Positions 38,300-51,945 are shown, counted from the first letter of the stretch. The stretch: 64,000 bases of DNA from Anolis carolinensis (GCF_035594765.1 NC_085841.1:247400689-247464688), one strand, 5' to 3'. Made by a program: numbers and translations. Notes: a model not told the origin generated them from the letters alone.

Positions 38300-38794
38300 G
38301 TGTAATGAGTACTCTAGCTTATTATAATAGCTTTTCTTCTTTGTTTACAGTAAATAGAGGTAATTTTGCACATATCTGTCATACATGTAGAGAAGGAAGC
38401 AGGAACATGTTTGCTGCCATAACCCCCAATGCACAATTAAAAATCTGAAATACATGATTCAGTGTTCATTTTTTGTAATAATACCATCTATGGTGTTTGA
38501 AAAATCTCTGTTCATCATGTTGACTGGGATGGGTGGGAAGGAAAGAAAAAAGATTTGAAGGATTTGTAGTCCAACAGTCTTGAAAGTGGTAGCCTGAAGA
38601 AGTCAACTACAAAATGATCACTTTCCAAGAAGCCAAAAACAGAATGTACTACTAGGTGACAAGTAAACATGCCATCAGTAAAAAATCATTGTTCCTATAA
38701 AACTATATGATTTAATTAGTAAATTTATTTAACAATATCACAGCAAGTTAAATGCGATCTTACCTTTAGCAACAAGCTAATATTCCAATTTCTA

Positions 38795-38796
38795 AT

Positions 38797-38835
<39 letters not shown>

Positions 38836-39502
38836 CATTACTTTTACCCCGCCTTTCTCTCCTAGGAGACTCAAAGCAGCTTACAGTAAATAGGCAAAAA
38901 TTCAATGCCTAAAAACAATGTAAAAACAACAGTTCATATAAAACAGATACCATTACAAAATAAAAACACATTATATAAAAATTTTAAGAATGTCCAAGAT
39001 TAAAATCCATTCATCCAGAATCCTCAAGTCTTTGTACAGATCATGTAAAGTCCATGTTCTCATTCATTAAAAGCTTGTGTATACAACCATGTCTTTAAGG
39101 CTTTCCTGAAGCCTAGGAGAGTTGGTATCTGCCGTATGTTGCTGGGGAGGGTGTTCCACAGCTGAGGAGCCACCACCGAGAAGGCCCTGTCCCTCGTTCC
39201 CACCAGCCTTACCTGCGAGGCTGGTGGGACCGAGAGCAGGGCCTCCCCCGATGATCTAAGAGTTCTAGAAGGCTCATAGGGGGAGATACGTTCGGACAGG
39301 TAAGATGGGCCAGAACCATTTAGGGCTTTGTAGGTCAAAACCAGCACTTTGAATTGGGCTCGGTAGCATATCGGCAGCCAGTGGAGCTGACTCAACATGG
39401 GAGTAGTACGCTCCCTGTAAGCCACTCCTGTTATTAGTCTGGCTGCCGCCCGTTGTACTAGTTGGAGCTTCCGGGCCGTCTTCAAAGGCAGCCCCACGTA
39501 GA
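38795..39502 (-). mobile_element. 5'-truncated L2 LINE, relatively young
   Basis: Uninterrupted ORF2 C-terminus YVGLPLKTARKLQLVQRAAARL...LHWLPI...DRAFSVVAPQLWNTLP...FRKALKTWLY; (TAAA)n tail at the left end. Confidence 0.9.
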
Positions 39503-42341
39503 TCAACAACAATGAATAAATGTTTAAACTTAACATTCCAAGCCATAGCCTGTATATGTTCAGCTGAGTTGTCTCTCTGGAAAAACAGAGAAATAAAGAT
39601 TTTGTTTTTGTTTTAGGGAGTACCTCTTTTTCTATCATCCTTGGTTATGTTCCTTCTGAAGAACAAACTGTCAGTCCAGTTGCATTGACCCAGAAACTAG
39701 CATGATTTCCAAATTAATAGCAGCACGGTGTGGATAACTTTTTGGTCTTTGGCCTAAATAGTGAAGCATCCTTGTAGGGCAATCAGAAGGGAGAACATTT
39801 AAGTCCTCAGGGCATAACCCAGAAAAGAGTTTTATTAAAAGGCAATGATACACAAAATCAGAGTTAGGTCACTAAAGGCTATGCCACAGCGGAAGGAGAA
39901 AAAGAAGAGCGGCAGTGAGTGATAGTATCCGGAGAGGGAGAGATTGGAGGAAGAGCAGGAGAAAGCAAGGCAGAGGGTATGTGTGTAAGCAAGAGTATTT
40001 GCTCTTGGGTCTGTTAATATGCATGGAGGAAAGAAGGGGAAACAGCTCAGATGCAAGGTAAATCCAAGAGACGGAGGGCAAGATTTCCCTAGCCATAGTA
40101 GACATGTCCCTTAGCAGGATCGCAGAATGATCAAGCACCAGTCCAGAAGCTGTTAAGAATGACTTGTGTGGAATGCAGAGAAATGGTCCCAACATAGAAA
40201 TGATTATGTTCCTACTGAAATGGGTTTCCAAAGGACTACTAAAGACCTATTTCTAGAACCTGGGGAGAACAAGAGCCATTGAATGTTTGTTTTTTGATTG
40301 TATATATAAGCTCACAAAAGATCAAGGATCATTCGTTGCATTTGAATGTAGCTGAAATTGGTTTCTGCTCAAAGGTTCCTTTGCCCAAGATGCTGAAGCA
40401 TTAAGATATATTTTTCCTTTTTGGTTGAGGATAGTTGATCAGGCCTGACATCTTTGATCGCCAGGCCTTGACAGCATAGCAGTTATAAATGCATAAAATG
40501 TCATCTTAAAGACATAATGAAGGCATGGAGCCAAAATGGAGGGGATGTGGCAACAGGGCTCCTTTCACGCAATTATTGGTGTTCCTCCAAAACACTAAAG
40601 CCTATCTTTCCATTCATCATCAGACTCTTGTATGTGCAGTGGAATGCTGAACATGTTTACTTAGAAAAAGTCAGTCTCAAGGAGTTAGATGGGATTTGCT
40701 TTTTAAAAAGTATTTAGCCTTGCAAGTTCGATGATTTACGGTTAAGAGTAATGTTCTCAAACTCGAAGAATAGTGTTTCTTTCATTCTGCTAGTTTGTTC
40801 ATTCTCAAGGGAGCATCTTTTCTATCAAGCTATAATCTGAAAAAGCAAAATGTCCATCAGATGTAGGTTGGTAGTAAAATTTCATGATTTGGGTCAAATA
40901 TTTCGTGTATGAAGTCTTTCTATTATTCTGTGAGTCAGAGTATAACTTCTTTTGGTTAAAACTAATTTATAATTTACTATACTTCTTCCTACAATTTGTT
41001 AATCTAGAATAATTTTTCTCCCTGAAAATTTCTTGAACAGAAATTTCGCTGAAACTTTGAAGCCAATTACATCAGGCAGAGCTTTGTGTTGCCCATTTTT
41101 TGTAATTTTTATGCATAATCTAATCAATTTGAGTGATAATAGCATTTAAATCTTTATAACATGAAGCTAGGCAAAATAATATCAAAGAAATCAAACATTT
41201 TTATTAGTAATTTTCACATGGAAACTTATTTAAAGAGGAAACTCTCGAGTTGTATACTGGAAGAAATATTGCTGCAGTTTGGTAACAGTTTCTTTGAAAT
41301 TTCCACAAAGAACAGGAAGTTTCGGTAACAAGTGTGATGTGGGTGGGACTGTGAGGTTACAACTGTTCATAATCAAATGCTCAAAATATAGTTTGACAGT
41401 TAAATACTTCTACTTTGCTTTGTTAACTGCTGAGAACAATATTTACAAATACAGTTTTCTTGTTGCCAATTAAGGTGAGTGCTTCTAAGAGTTGCATTAT
41501 TTCTAACAGAAAATACAAGTCATTAAATATACAAAAAAGTGGCATAGGCATAGTTAAGCCATACTAGCTTTGATGTATCTGTTTATATGATCAATCATAT
41601 AGACAACTTTTTTTAAAATAAAAGGACAGATCTTTGTCTGCTTGTTGATGTTACCTTCCTAATTTCATAGAATTTAAGAATTAAGGCTTGGAATAAGGTT
41701 ACAAATAAAAATCAGTAGCCAAATTTCAGTATCACCTTTTAAACCAGTTCTCATGATTTTTATATGTGTACTTAGTAGATTTGTGAGTTAGTTTAGTAAC
41801 TGTAATCTTTTAAATCATTCAGATGAATCAGTGAATTGTAATTGTAATCTTGAAATCATTCAGATAAGTCAATTAAAAGTCTTCCATTTTTACATTTCCC
41901 TTTATATGTGCTTCTATTTTTAATGCCATAGCAATGTCTCTAGTTATAAGTAAATTTCTCTGGAGAGTCCTTGGGTATATTAATTCCAATATATGCATCT
42001 GCTCATAATAATAATGGATTATGTGTTATAGCTGTTCAGCAAGGGAAGGAGTATATGTAATCCTTTCTTCTGCTTGCCTGTTTTGAACTGCAGTGCCTTT
42101 GAAGAAGCAGTTTTCCGCCTCATGCAAAGTTGCAGGCATATATTCAATCTGAATCAGCTTTTAGTGATACAGAATCTTAGTAGAAATGGCTGGTATACAT
42201 CATCTGGGGGCCTTGCCATAATATAGGCTGTGGTTGGGTTGCTGTTTTTTGTGAATCTAATGTTGTGCATAAATTGCATTTAGATTTGCTTTCTTGTGAA
42301 TAAGAGATAATTCAGATGCTCTGAAAAACCATTTCACTTAA

Positions 42342-42658
42342 GTTGGAACATCCCTTATCTGGAATTCCAAAATACATCAGAATTATCGATACGTTTGGTT
42401 GAAATGGTAACACTTTTGCTTTCCAATGCTTCTATGTACACAAAGTTTATTTCATGTACAGCATTGTTATATTGAGTATAAAATTACTCTCAGGTAATGA
42501 GTGCAAGGTGTACCTGAAATATAAGTGAATGCTGTGTTTAGACTTGGGTTCCGTCTCCATGTCATTATGTTCACATATGATAATACATATTCCAGAATCC
42601 ACGAAAATCCAATACACTACTGGTCCCAAGCATTTTGGGTAAGGGATAATCAGCCTGT
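42342..42658. mobile_element. Tigger4/MER46-like MITE
   Basis: Ends ..CATCCCTTATCTGGAATTCC and CTGGTCCCAAGCATTTTGGGTAAGGGATAATCAGCCTG|TA. Confidence 0.65.
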
Positions 42659-42810
42659 ACTTCTAGATAATATGTGTTGTGCATTATTTTTCTATGTGTG
42701 TTAAAGATAGCTAATCCCATTTTCTTTCAATGTTAATTCCCACTTGCTGTTTCTGTGAGCTTCCAGATGCATCTCACTGTTAGTTATATTTAAATATTCA
42801 TTTGTTTTAG

Positions 42811-42945
42811 ATCCCCAAGTAAACCTCTGGCTCGCAAGTTAATAAGTGGAATGGATTGGGAGGTTGTCAGCAGAAATTCGTTGTCTGATGATCGGTTAGA
42901 AACTCAGAGCTTGCCATCACGTTCTCCACCTGGAACCCCTAATCA
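42811..42945 (+). CDS. PTPN4: PTPN4 exon L SPSKPLARKLISGMDWEVVSRNSLSDDRLETQSLPSRSPPGTPN(H)
   Basis: TTTTAG acceptor, GTAAGT donor; 135 nt. Confidence 0.95.
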
Positions 42946-43155
42946 GTAAGTAAAACTGAATAATTGCTCTTTAGTGCCTTAGTTAGGGTAAGCCAATTTC
43001 TGATCCTCTGTTTTGGAGAAAAAGCAATTCGAAGAGCACTGATTCAGAACAGGTTCTTCACTGGATCAGAAACCTAAGCTAGTTTCTTCCTTCCCACCAC
43101 TAACGTGTTGGGGTTTGTGAATGGGAGAAGCCCAGTAGTTCCTTTTTCTTTTGTA

Positions 43156-43597
43156 CAGTAGAATTTCATTTATCCAATATAAATGGGCCGGCAGAACATC
43201 AGATAAGCAAATACGTTGGATAATAAGGAAGGATTAAGGAAAAGCCTATTAAACGTCAAATTATGTTATGATTTTACAAATTAAGCACCTAAACATATTT
43301 TACAACAAATCAACAGAAAAAGCAGTTCACTATATGGTAATGTTATGTAGTAATTACTGTGTTTATGAATTTAGCACCAAAACATCGCAATGTATTGAAA
43401 ACATTGACTACTAAAAAATTGATAAGATAGAATTTCATAAAATGAACTTACAGTAACAACATTGTCGGAAGTTAAATCCGTAAAAACTTCAGTCCACGCT
43501 GCCTAGAGAAACAGCTGTGGATCCAGGCGGGAGGCAGACTGTGTTGGATAATCCAGAATGTTGGATAAGCGAATGTTGGATAAGTGAGACTCTACTG
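43156..43597. mobile_element. Tc1/mariner MITE (long variant, sister of 17445-17897)
   Basis: TIRs and TA TSD; colinear with the 17445 copy. Confidence 0.9.
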
Positions 43598-44089
43598 TAG
43601 TTTGCTTTCTTTGCTGAATTTTAAGCATACCTTTTTAAAAAATCACTTATGATTGTGCGGTGAAGTTTTGGAGAAGACAGCTGAAATAAATTGTATTGGT
43701 GATAGGTGCAATACGATTTCTAAATAGCAATAATTCAGATTTATCATAGCAGCGTTTTAGCTATATTTTCCAAAATACTCATTTATGAACATCTAGTCCA
43801 GGAGTGGAATGTGTGGTCCATAAATATCATGTTTCCTCAAAATATTAAAAATTGATAGGATTTTCATCTGAAAATTGTCCAAAGATCTAGGAGGTGAAGA
43901 GAAATTGGTTTCATATTGTACAGAAAAAGCAGCTAATGATGTGTGTTTCTTGTGACAGTATGAATTATTGTTTCTGAACAAGTCATAGAATTACTCTAAT
44001 GGAATTATTTATTAGTTCAGTTATTGGAATTTTTGAGGAAATTCTCAGGTGGGCTGAAGAAGCAATGCACAATCCCTCACTCGATGTTT

Positions 44090-44151
44090 TTTGGTTGTTG
44101 GAATCCGCCCTGAGTACCCTTGGGGAGATAGGGTGGAATACAAATAAAGTT

Positions 44152-44191
<40 letters not shown>
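44090..44191 (+). repeat. L2-type 3' tail with (ATC)n microsatellite
   Basis: CCGCCCTGAGTACCCTTGGGGAGATAGGGTGGAATACAAATAAAG followed by (ATC)n. Confidence 0.75.
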
Positions 44192-44192
<1 letters not shown>

Positions 44193-46560
44193 GAAGTAAA
44201 TTACAGTAATGCTAAATCTCAATAATTAATAAAAGAATCAAACAAAACTATGATGTGGTTTGAGGAGTAACTAAAGAAATTGTCAGTAGTTTTTCTGAAA
44301 ATGACACTAAACTTGACAGCAGATTTTAAAAGCAAGAATGAACTGTCTCTGGGAGAATGGAGTTTAAACAGTTGGGTGCCTGATTTGTTGCAGACAAAAT
44401 ACAGAGATTCCTGATAGATCAATTTGCCTCTGATGAGGGATTCAAAATAAAAAGTGTTTTTTTCTGTAGATGGAAGTTTAAGTGCTGAGAATTATGATGC
44501 TTTGGCAGTAGCAAGGCTGAAGGTTTATATACATTTCTGTCATTGCCAATAGTAGAAGAGTTCTAACCAAGATCAAGTTGGAGAGGGCTCAGGTAGCCAT
44601 AATCATCCGCATTGGCCTTGCAGACCATGGTTTCATTGCTGGTGAGCATGTTAGTGGGCAACCCATGTTGTCTTCCACAGATGGGAGACGTGTTGTATCC
44701 GTGTCTGGTTTTCCATCCAAACCCAGATTAGTTGGAGTTACCTGCCTGGTGATTTAGTGAAGCAGTTAAATACTGCAAGGATATTCAGACTGCTGTTGAA
44801 TATTTTGACTAAGTCACTATCTGAATGGCTGAAAGAAGACTCATTGCAATTTCTCTTTCAAAGTGATATTTTAGTAGCAGGGCTAGAGGGGTTTCCATGT
44901 TGGTGTTGTCCATCAATCCAAATTTCTGTAAATTTGGAAAACTGCAATTGATTATAGATCCACTGTTCATCCCTATCTCAAAATCACCACAGAATGATTT
45001 TAAGGCCACTATATTTTGTTCTTGACTAAAATATGACTTCTGAATTGGATTTCATGGTTATGTTGTAGCCTGCTTTAGAGGTGAGAGACTCATTGCTTTT
45101 GTGTTTCAAATCTCACTACAAATGCCTATTGTCCGCATTACAAACTACTTTTCTTCCTTTTTAAGCTAAATCACAATAAAGGAGGGGGTATCTCTTCTCT
45201 GACTCAGTGGGCCTTTTTACAGCCAACTTCCCTTTTTTTGTGGTGAGCTAAGTAAAAAAAAGGATCATATTCTCTGGGGGGAAAACTTTATTGTCTCTTG
45301 CTACTTTTGAGAAATTGTAATACCCAGCCTGAAAGTCCTATATATTTGCTTACTATTTTGTAATATTTTGATGATTTATAAAGAATTATGCTGTCCTCTT
45401 GATTTTCCTTTATTTTTCTATCTCTTTTCATTGAAAAATCACAAATCGGCTCTGATGTCAGTTTTTCTCACAAGTTCAAAATCAGTCGAGATAGATACAA
45501 TGGTTTGGTGATTTAACCAGTCTTGCCCCATTGTACATTATCTGCAATTATTATTGACTCATGTAACATGCTAAAAAATATTTTCATGTCTGCCACAATC
45601 TTTATCACTATGAAAAAAACTATGTGTACTGCAATTTTATTGCTTTTTTGTAAATCTCATTTAATAATATGTTAGGCCCTTACTCATGGACCTGCACATC
45701 CTAGCAGAAAAAGAAGTAATACTTATTCCCACTTCCTGTGATATTTTGCTTTCCCCTCATCACCAGATGTCCACTTCTTCTTGCTTATGTGCAAGGAACT
45801 TTGGCATTTGTGGTTCCTGGTATAAGAATGGCTTTTCTATCTATCAGTGTTATTTGGCCCTAATTTAACTGCACAAGTACACTATGTATTCTAGAGAAGG
45901 GCCTTCGGTACTGTTCTAGTCATGTTTCTAATTGGCTCCAGCAAACCTTACAAGATTTGAACAACAGATGCAAGGAAAGGAAATTTCTATAAATATCCCC
46001 ATGCATGATCTGTTGTTTATTGCGATTATTATTTTCCTCATTATGTGTGTTGTGCCCTAAGCCAGGGCACTTTGGACTTATGAGCCTTAGTAGAATTTTC
46101 CTTTCCTCCCCATGTGGGGGCTCTGTCAGTTTGTATCTTAGTTCACAGAAATTTTCCATTAGGGGCAAATGATGATTATCTCTTTCTGCTTTTATTGTGT
46201 TGTTTGTGAAATACTTTCTAACACAGCATTGCTCTACCTATCATATGTCAAATGCTATTACATTAACTCGGGGGCAATACAGCTATCAGAAACTGCTATG
46301 TTCTTGGATGTATTTCAAATATAGTGATTTCCTTCTGTGTTTAAAGTATTATTTGATTTCAAAATGTTTTTGAAATTATGGCAAATTCCTGATTATTATT
46401 TTTTGGCTAGTACATATTGGAGTTCTCTTAACTGGTGTTGAGATAAAAATTATAAGAATGTACTAGAGCTTTTACATTTTTAAACATTAGAGTGAAAATT
46501 GTATATCTTCACTAGCATAATATCCTTCCATTACTGAACTTCTATTGATTCCCTTCTTAG

Positions 46561-46719
46561 CCGCAACTCTACTTTTACTCAAGAAGGAAACCGTTTACGG
46601 CCATCTTCCGTTGGACATCTAGTGGACCATGTTGTCCATACTTCACCAAGTGAAGTTTTTGCAAATCATCGATCTCCTTCTTCCACACAGGCCAACAGTA
46701 TCATACTAGAATCATCACC
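46561..46719 (+). CDS. PTPN4: PTPN4 exon M RNSTFTQEGNRLRPSSVGHLVDHVVHTSPSEVFANHRSPSSTQANSIILESS(P)
   Basis: CTTAG acceptor, GTAAGT donor; 159 nt. Confidence 0.95.
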
Positions 46720-47939
46720 GTAAGTTTTGGTTTTTGTGGCTTTTATTTTATAGGTGTTTCAAGGTTTCTCCTTGCAATAATGTAATTTTCCCTGGAGTAA
46801 TCAAGAGTCTGAATCCCCTTGGTTGGTCACAGCTAGAATTAGACCCATCAAATTATTTCTCAGGTAGTAAGTTGATAACTAGATTTGGTAGGTCTAGTTT
46901 TCATTGTGAGTAACAATAGCATTGTAGCTATTGGATAATTCAAGGGAAGGCTTTGGGGCTAACATGGATTTATGTAGTTGAGGGTCCTTCCACCGAGAAG
47001 GGGGAGTGCCAGTGCCACCTGGGAGGCTAGCTGCTCCTGACTACCATTGCTATTTTCCCACCCAGGTATTCACCATTCTAATCAAGAAAAGAGTATGGTT
47101 GCATTTTTATAACAGTTACACTATAATATTAACTCTTATTTTTAAAATAAGCCATCCTTTTCCTGAGTGGCAAAAGGCAACAGCCCAGAAGAACCTAAAA
47201 AAAATTAAAACCTTTTAAAAGAACTTAAAACCTAAATACCTCAGAGAACCTAAGCACTAAATCCCCTCTGCCTTGACATTCCTTTTCTTTCCTGGGACTG
47301 TGGTAGAAAGTGAAATCAGTGCTTCTTTTAGGTTTTAGTGATAAAAGGCTCTCGCTTTTTGTCACTTGAGTCAAAAGAACACGTTTTTGATAAAAGATAA
47401 GATACAGTACTTACATTGACCTGTGGAAAAGTCAGCTCAGGTGCTTTGTCAATTTTTTAATTAAACTTTCTTGACTTACTTCCAAGTGTATACAGTAATA
47501 TGTATGTTATATTTAGTGACTATTGTGTATGTGAAAACTGCCATAGTATGAGGTTCACTTTTAGAAAGAGCAAAGTATAAATTAATGATTTATTAGGTAA
47601 TCAGAAGTTGTGCATTTCAGAACTCCTGTGTGCCATATATTCATTGAGTGGTCTTAAACAGCTCTTTCATAACCCATAGCAGTATGAGATTAACTTTTAT
47701 GAATCACCACCTTATTTGAAAAATGTGGATAATATTAATCTGCATTGCAAGGCCAAGGTTTTTATAATATTTCTGAAACACTGTAGAAAGCAAGATGTAT
47801 TTGGGAAATACGTGTTCAGTTGGTTCTTTTTTCAAGAAATGGTTGCTGATAGTGATCTTGGAGGATAACGGGTTGGAGCCTAGTTTGAAAATCACAAAAA
47901 AACAGTCTCTGGCATCTCTAACTAAAATACCTTACTATT

Positions 47940-49640
47940 GTTTTTATTTATTTATTTGTATGTTTGTTTATGTGCAGCATTTCTGAATGGGACCCAAGGT
48001 AGCTCACTTTAAAAATCAGTTAAAAACCTAACAAACATTTAAAAAATAATTTAAAATCATCACATTGACAGAAATTTAAAAAGGAAATTAAGTACACACA
48101 CTGCTTACACATTAAAAGTGTCTTAAATAAAAAGGTTTTGTGTGCCAGTGAAAATGAGAGCTTGGGGGCGGGGGGGAGCCTAGATTGTATAGATGGTGAG
48201 AAAAGCCACTGAGAAGGCTCTCTCTAATTCCCTCACCAAGTGACTCTGTGATGATGGTGGGACCAAGAGAAAGCCGCCTTCTTGCCATGACCAGTGGCAC
48301 TGAAAGCTTCTGAGAGATCTGGTGGAATCACCAGGGACATACTCATACAGTTTCCTGTGTAGATCATTCTGATTGGGGCAATTATTTGGGCTTCCAAGAA
48401 TATTACATTCCATGGCCAGGGTGCCACAACAGAGAATGCTTATACAGTATATTGTCCCTACACAGAAAGGTCTCCAGTCAATCTCCATAATAGAGAGGAA
48501 TGTTCTTTCACTGGTGAAGTCCTAAGCCATTTGGGGATTTATGTAAATGCCATCATGAGTATTTATTTATTATTTATTTACAGTATTTATATTTCCGCCC
48601 TTCTCACCCCGAAGGGGACTCAGGGCGGATTACAATGAACATATATATGGCAAACATTCAATGCCATCAGACAAACAACATACAGTATAGATACACACAG
48701 GGGCAATTTGAACATTTCCAGCTTCATGAGGGTATGCTCAATTCCGGCAACAGGGGGAGCTGTTGCTTCATCATCCACAAGTGACACCGAGTGCTGTACT
48801 TCCTCATTCCTTTCCATGTGCTGCTGGCAGTTTTATGGTGTTGTAAATTAGTTAAATTAACCTCCCACATAAAGCATACCTAAATTTCCTAGTTGACAGA
48901 TGCAACTGTCTTTTGGGCTGCTTAGGTAAACAGCAAGCCGGGCTATTTAATGTTTGGGGGCTTAACCTGACCCAGGCTTCGAACTCATGACCTCTTGGTC
49001 AGTAGTGATTTATTGCAGCCGGTTATTAGCCAGCTGCGCCACAGTCCGGCCCCTTGAATTCAGACTAGAAGCAAATTGGCGGCAAGTACAATTCTTTTAA
49101 TCCAGTGTCTTAAAGTTTCTGATTGGTGTGTCCATCAGAAATCTAGCGGCAAACTCTATATTATCTTTAAGGACAGACCCATGTGGAGAGCAATTCCAAA
49201 TAAGAAGTTATTACTGTATGAATTATTGTGGTCAGATTAGTACGTGTTCAACAAAGGACATAATTGGAGGGCCTCATATTTTGAGCCACTGAATCCACCT
49301 GGCCCTACAGCAACAAAAGTGGATTCAGGAATACTCCCAAGCTGTGCATCTACTCTTTCAGAAAGAATTATTCCATCGAGACAGTTTGCTTTTCCAGGTT
49401 CCAGACTTAGGACTCACCAATCCACAAAGTCTCTAACTTGTCAGGATTCATCCAGCCCTTTAGAACATCAGGCACTAAGCCAGCAATTTCAAATTCCTGG
49501 CAGACTCCAGCAACAATGAAAAGTAGAACTGACTATCATCAGCATACTGATGGCACCCAACCCTGAAGCCCCCAGTGACATCTTTCAGTAGCTTCATATC
49601 GATACTGGAATGGAGAATAGAATGTTACCTTGTTGTAGCC
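47940..49640 (-). mobile_element. Old degraded L2 remnant interrupted by a SINE
   Basis: Motifs GCCACTGAGAAGGC, AAGCCATTTGGG..TTTATG, CCTTGAATT resemble the reverse L2 3' region seen at 39170-39360; boundaries approximate. Confidence 0.5.
48561..49052 (-). mobile_element. tRNA-headed SINE with an L2-derived tail
   Basis: Minus-strand head GGGCCGGACTGTGGCGCAGCTGG, B-box GAGTTCGAAGC; tail CCGCCCTGAGTCCCCTTCGGGGTGAGAAGGGCGG..(TAAA)n. Confidence 0.8.
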
Positions 49641-49802
49641 AAACAACTTAATATCCTAGAAGGCCTACAGTGACATTAATAGAATCTTCAAATCTTAGTG
49701 TTGGAAGAGGTACCATTCCACCCTCTGCCATGCAGGAATACATAACTATAGCACTCTTGAAAGATGTCTCTCCAACTTAACATTGACAATGACAACAATG
49801 AC

Positions 49803-49853
<51 letters not shown>
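49803..49853. repeat. (AAT)n microsatellite at the end of an L2-type tail
   Basis: Directly visible; similar tracts at 867-902, 29671-29713 and 36106-36159. Confidence 0.95.
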
Positions 49854-49857
<4 letters not shown>

Positions 49858-50023
49858 TATTTGCATTCCGCCCTATCTCCCCGAGGGGACTTCAACGCTG
49901 TTTGATTTATAATCACCGACAGTAGTTTTCTAATCTTAACTTTCTGTAATTATTTTGTGATCTCATTAGTATGTACCTCAAATGTTTTCAAGATCTCCAT
50001 TTGTTTTCTCATTTTGTATGTAG

Positions 50024-50189
50024 ATCTCAAGAGACCTCTGTAGATGGGAAACCACCTGCACTGCCACCTAAACAATCTAAAAAGAACAGTTGGAACCAAA
50101 TTCATTATTCACATTCACAATTAGAATTGGATAACCATATAAATGAAACATATGATGATGACTCTTCCTCATCTCCTGAAAAATCTACA
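50024..50189 (+). CDS. PTPN4: PTPN4 exon N SQETSVDGKPPALPPKQSKKNSWNQIHYSHSQLELDNHINETYDDDSSSSPEKST
   Basis: GTAG acceptor, GTAAGA donor; 166 nt; PPALPPK SH3-ligand-type motif. Confidence 0.95.
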
Positions 50190-51011
50190 GTAAGATGTTA
50201 TGTTAACCCTGTTTGTCTGAACTGAATCAAGACTCTCTTGTAAAGGAAGGTGGAATACAGTGTCTTTGCTTTCTTCATCTTCTGTCCAGGCTTCAATGTA
50301 CTTCACAAACAATGTATACTTGCAGGTTTTTAGTGTTCTACAGAAATCCTCTCTATAACCTGTAGGAGTTTTATTGATGAAAAAGATTAATCAAAAAGGT
50401 TCTTCATATTATATTTAAAGTCATGTTATATTTCGTTTTAAAGATATTGGTATAAAAAGAAGATGCTTGTTACTTTATTTGGTTTTGCATGTGATCGTGC
50501 TTACAAAATTTATTATGATATATGAGAAATATGTTTAGTGTATCCCTTATTTTATAAACAATGTATCTAGCAGTTTATTGACAGCTTAATGTTACTCTTA
50601 TGTTACCACTTTAACCACGTAGTTGTTGTTGCATTTATTAATTAGAAATAATAGTTGCATGCAACACAGTTTTCTAAAAGACTGGCATATTTCTGAACAT
50701 CAATGTTATTTCCATAGTACACAATTGTTTGTACATACCAGGGATCCTTTATGTGAGATTTACAACTTTCAGTATGTTTTGGCAAGTTGTTCGTTATAGT
50801 GCCTTTGGGAGGCATGTAGCAGTTATTCCTCTAGTACTTTTGCTATTTGATAGTTCAGTGCTGAAACAGACATGCTGATTGTTACTGTGGTGCATTAATA
50901 ACTCTATCATAATTGTATCTGTAATTATAGACTATACTTTGAAATGTAAAATGTATTTCTAAAGACATTCAGGAAAGAGAGAAAATAACAATACATTATT
51001 TTCATGTTTAG

Positions 51012-51095
51012 CCCAATGGTGGAATTCCGCATGACAATCTCGTTCTAATCAGAATGAGACCCGATGAAAATGGAAGATTTGGTTTCAATGTAAAG
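51012..51095 (+). CDS. PTPN4: PTPN4 exon O (PDZ start) PNGGIPHDNLVLIRMRPDENGRFGFNVK
   Basis: TTTAG acceptor, GTAATA donor; 84 nt; GRFGF carboxylate-binding loop. Confidence 0.96.
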
Positions 51096-51180
51096 GTAAT
51101 AAGAAAACCTCTTCCCTCATATCTTTGGATAAAGAATATAAATACTTCAAATTTATTCATTATTTACCTTTTTTTTAAAG

Positions 51181-51237
51181 GGTGGGTATGACCAGAAGAT
51201 GCCAGTCATAGTATCCAGGGTGGCTCCAGGAACACCT
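51181..51237 (+). CDS. PTPN4: PTPN4 exon P GGYDQKMPVIVSRVAPGTP
   Basis: T-tract + AAG acceptor after an 85-nt intron, GTAAGT donor; 57 nt. Confidence 0.96.
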
Positions 51238-51623
51238 GTAAGTTAACAAAATTTACTGTGGTGTGTGATTTGATATATGTATTCAAGTTGCCTTCATTCT
51301 CCTGTGTTCACCAAGGGCTGTGTATAGCTGTGCTATCTTTAAGATATGCTGTTATCATATATATGCAGCTGGAATATACATTTTTTCAGTGCATTGATGC
51401 GTAAGAATGTATATTTAATGTTAGTAGATAGTACGATAATTCTTATTGTTCCGTTTTTTAGTTTTACAAAGTAAAATATTGTGCTAAAATAATTGTGTGT
51501 GTGTGTAAGTATGAGCATCTATGCTTGCAGAAATGTGTATATTGCCATCTTGGTTTTATCCTGAAAATATGAAATGTTCTTGCGCAGACATTATAATTCA
51601 TTATGCAGCAACAAATTAAAATA

Positions 51624-51945
51624 CAATAGAGTCTCACTTATCCAAGCCTCGCTTATCCAAGCTTCTGGATTATCCAAGCCATTTTTGTAGTCAATGTTTT
51701 CAATATATCATGATATTTTGGTGCTAAATTCCTAAATACAGTAATTACAACATAACATTACTGCGCATTGAACTACTTTTTCTATCAAATTTGTTGTATA
51801 ACATGATGTTTTGGTGCTTAATTTTAAAATCATAACCTAATTTGATGTTTAATAGTCTTTTCCTTAATCCTTCCTTATTATCCAAGATATTTGCTTATCC
51901 AAGCTTCTGCCGGCCCGTTTAGCTTGGATAAGTGAGACTCTACTG
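51624..51945. mobile_element. Tc1/mariner MITE (short variant, TTATCCAAG type), opposite orientation to the 43156 copy
   Basis: TIR CA(A/G)TAGAGTCTCACTTATCCAAG, TA TSD. Confidence 0.9.
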
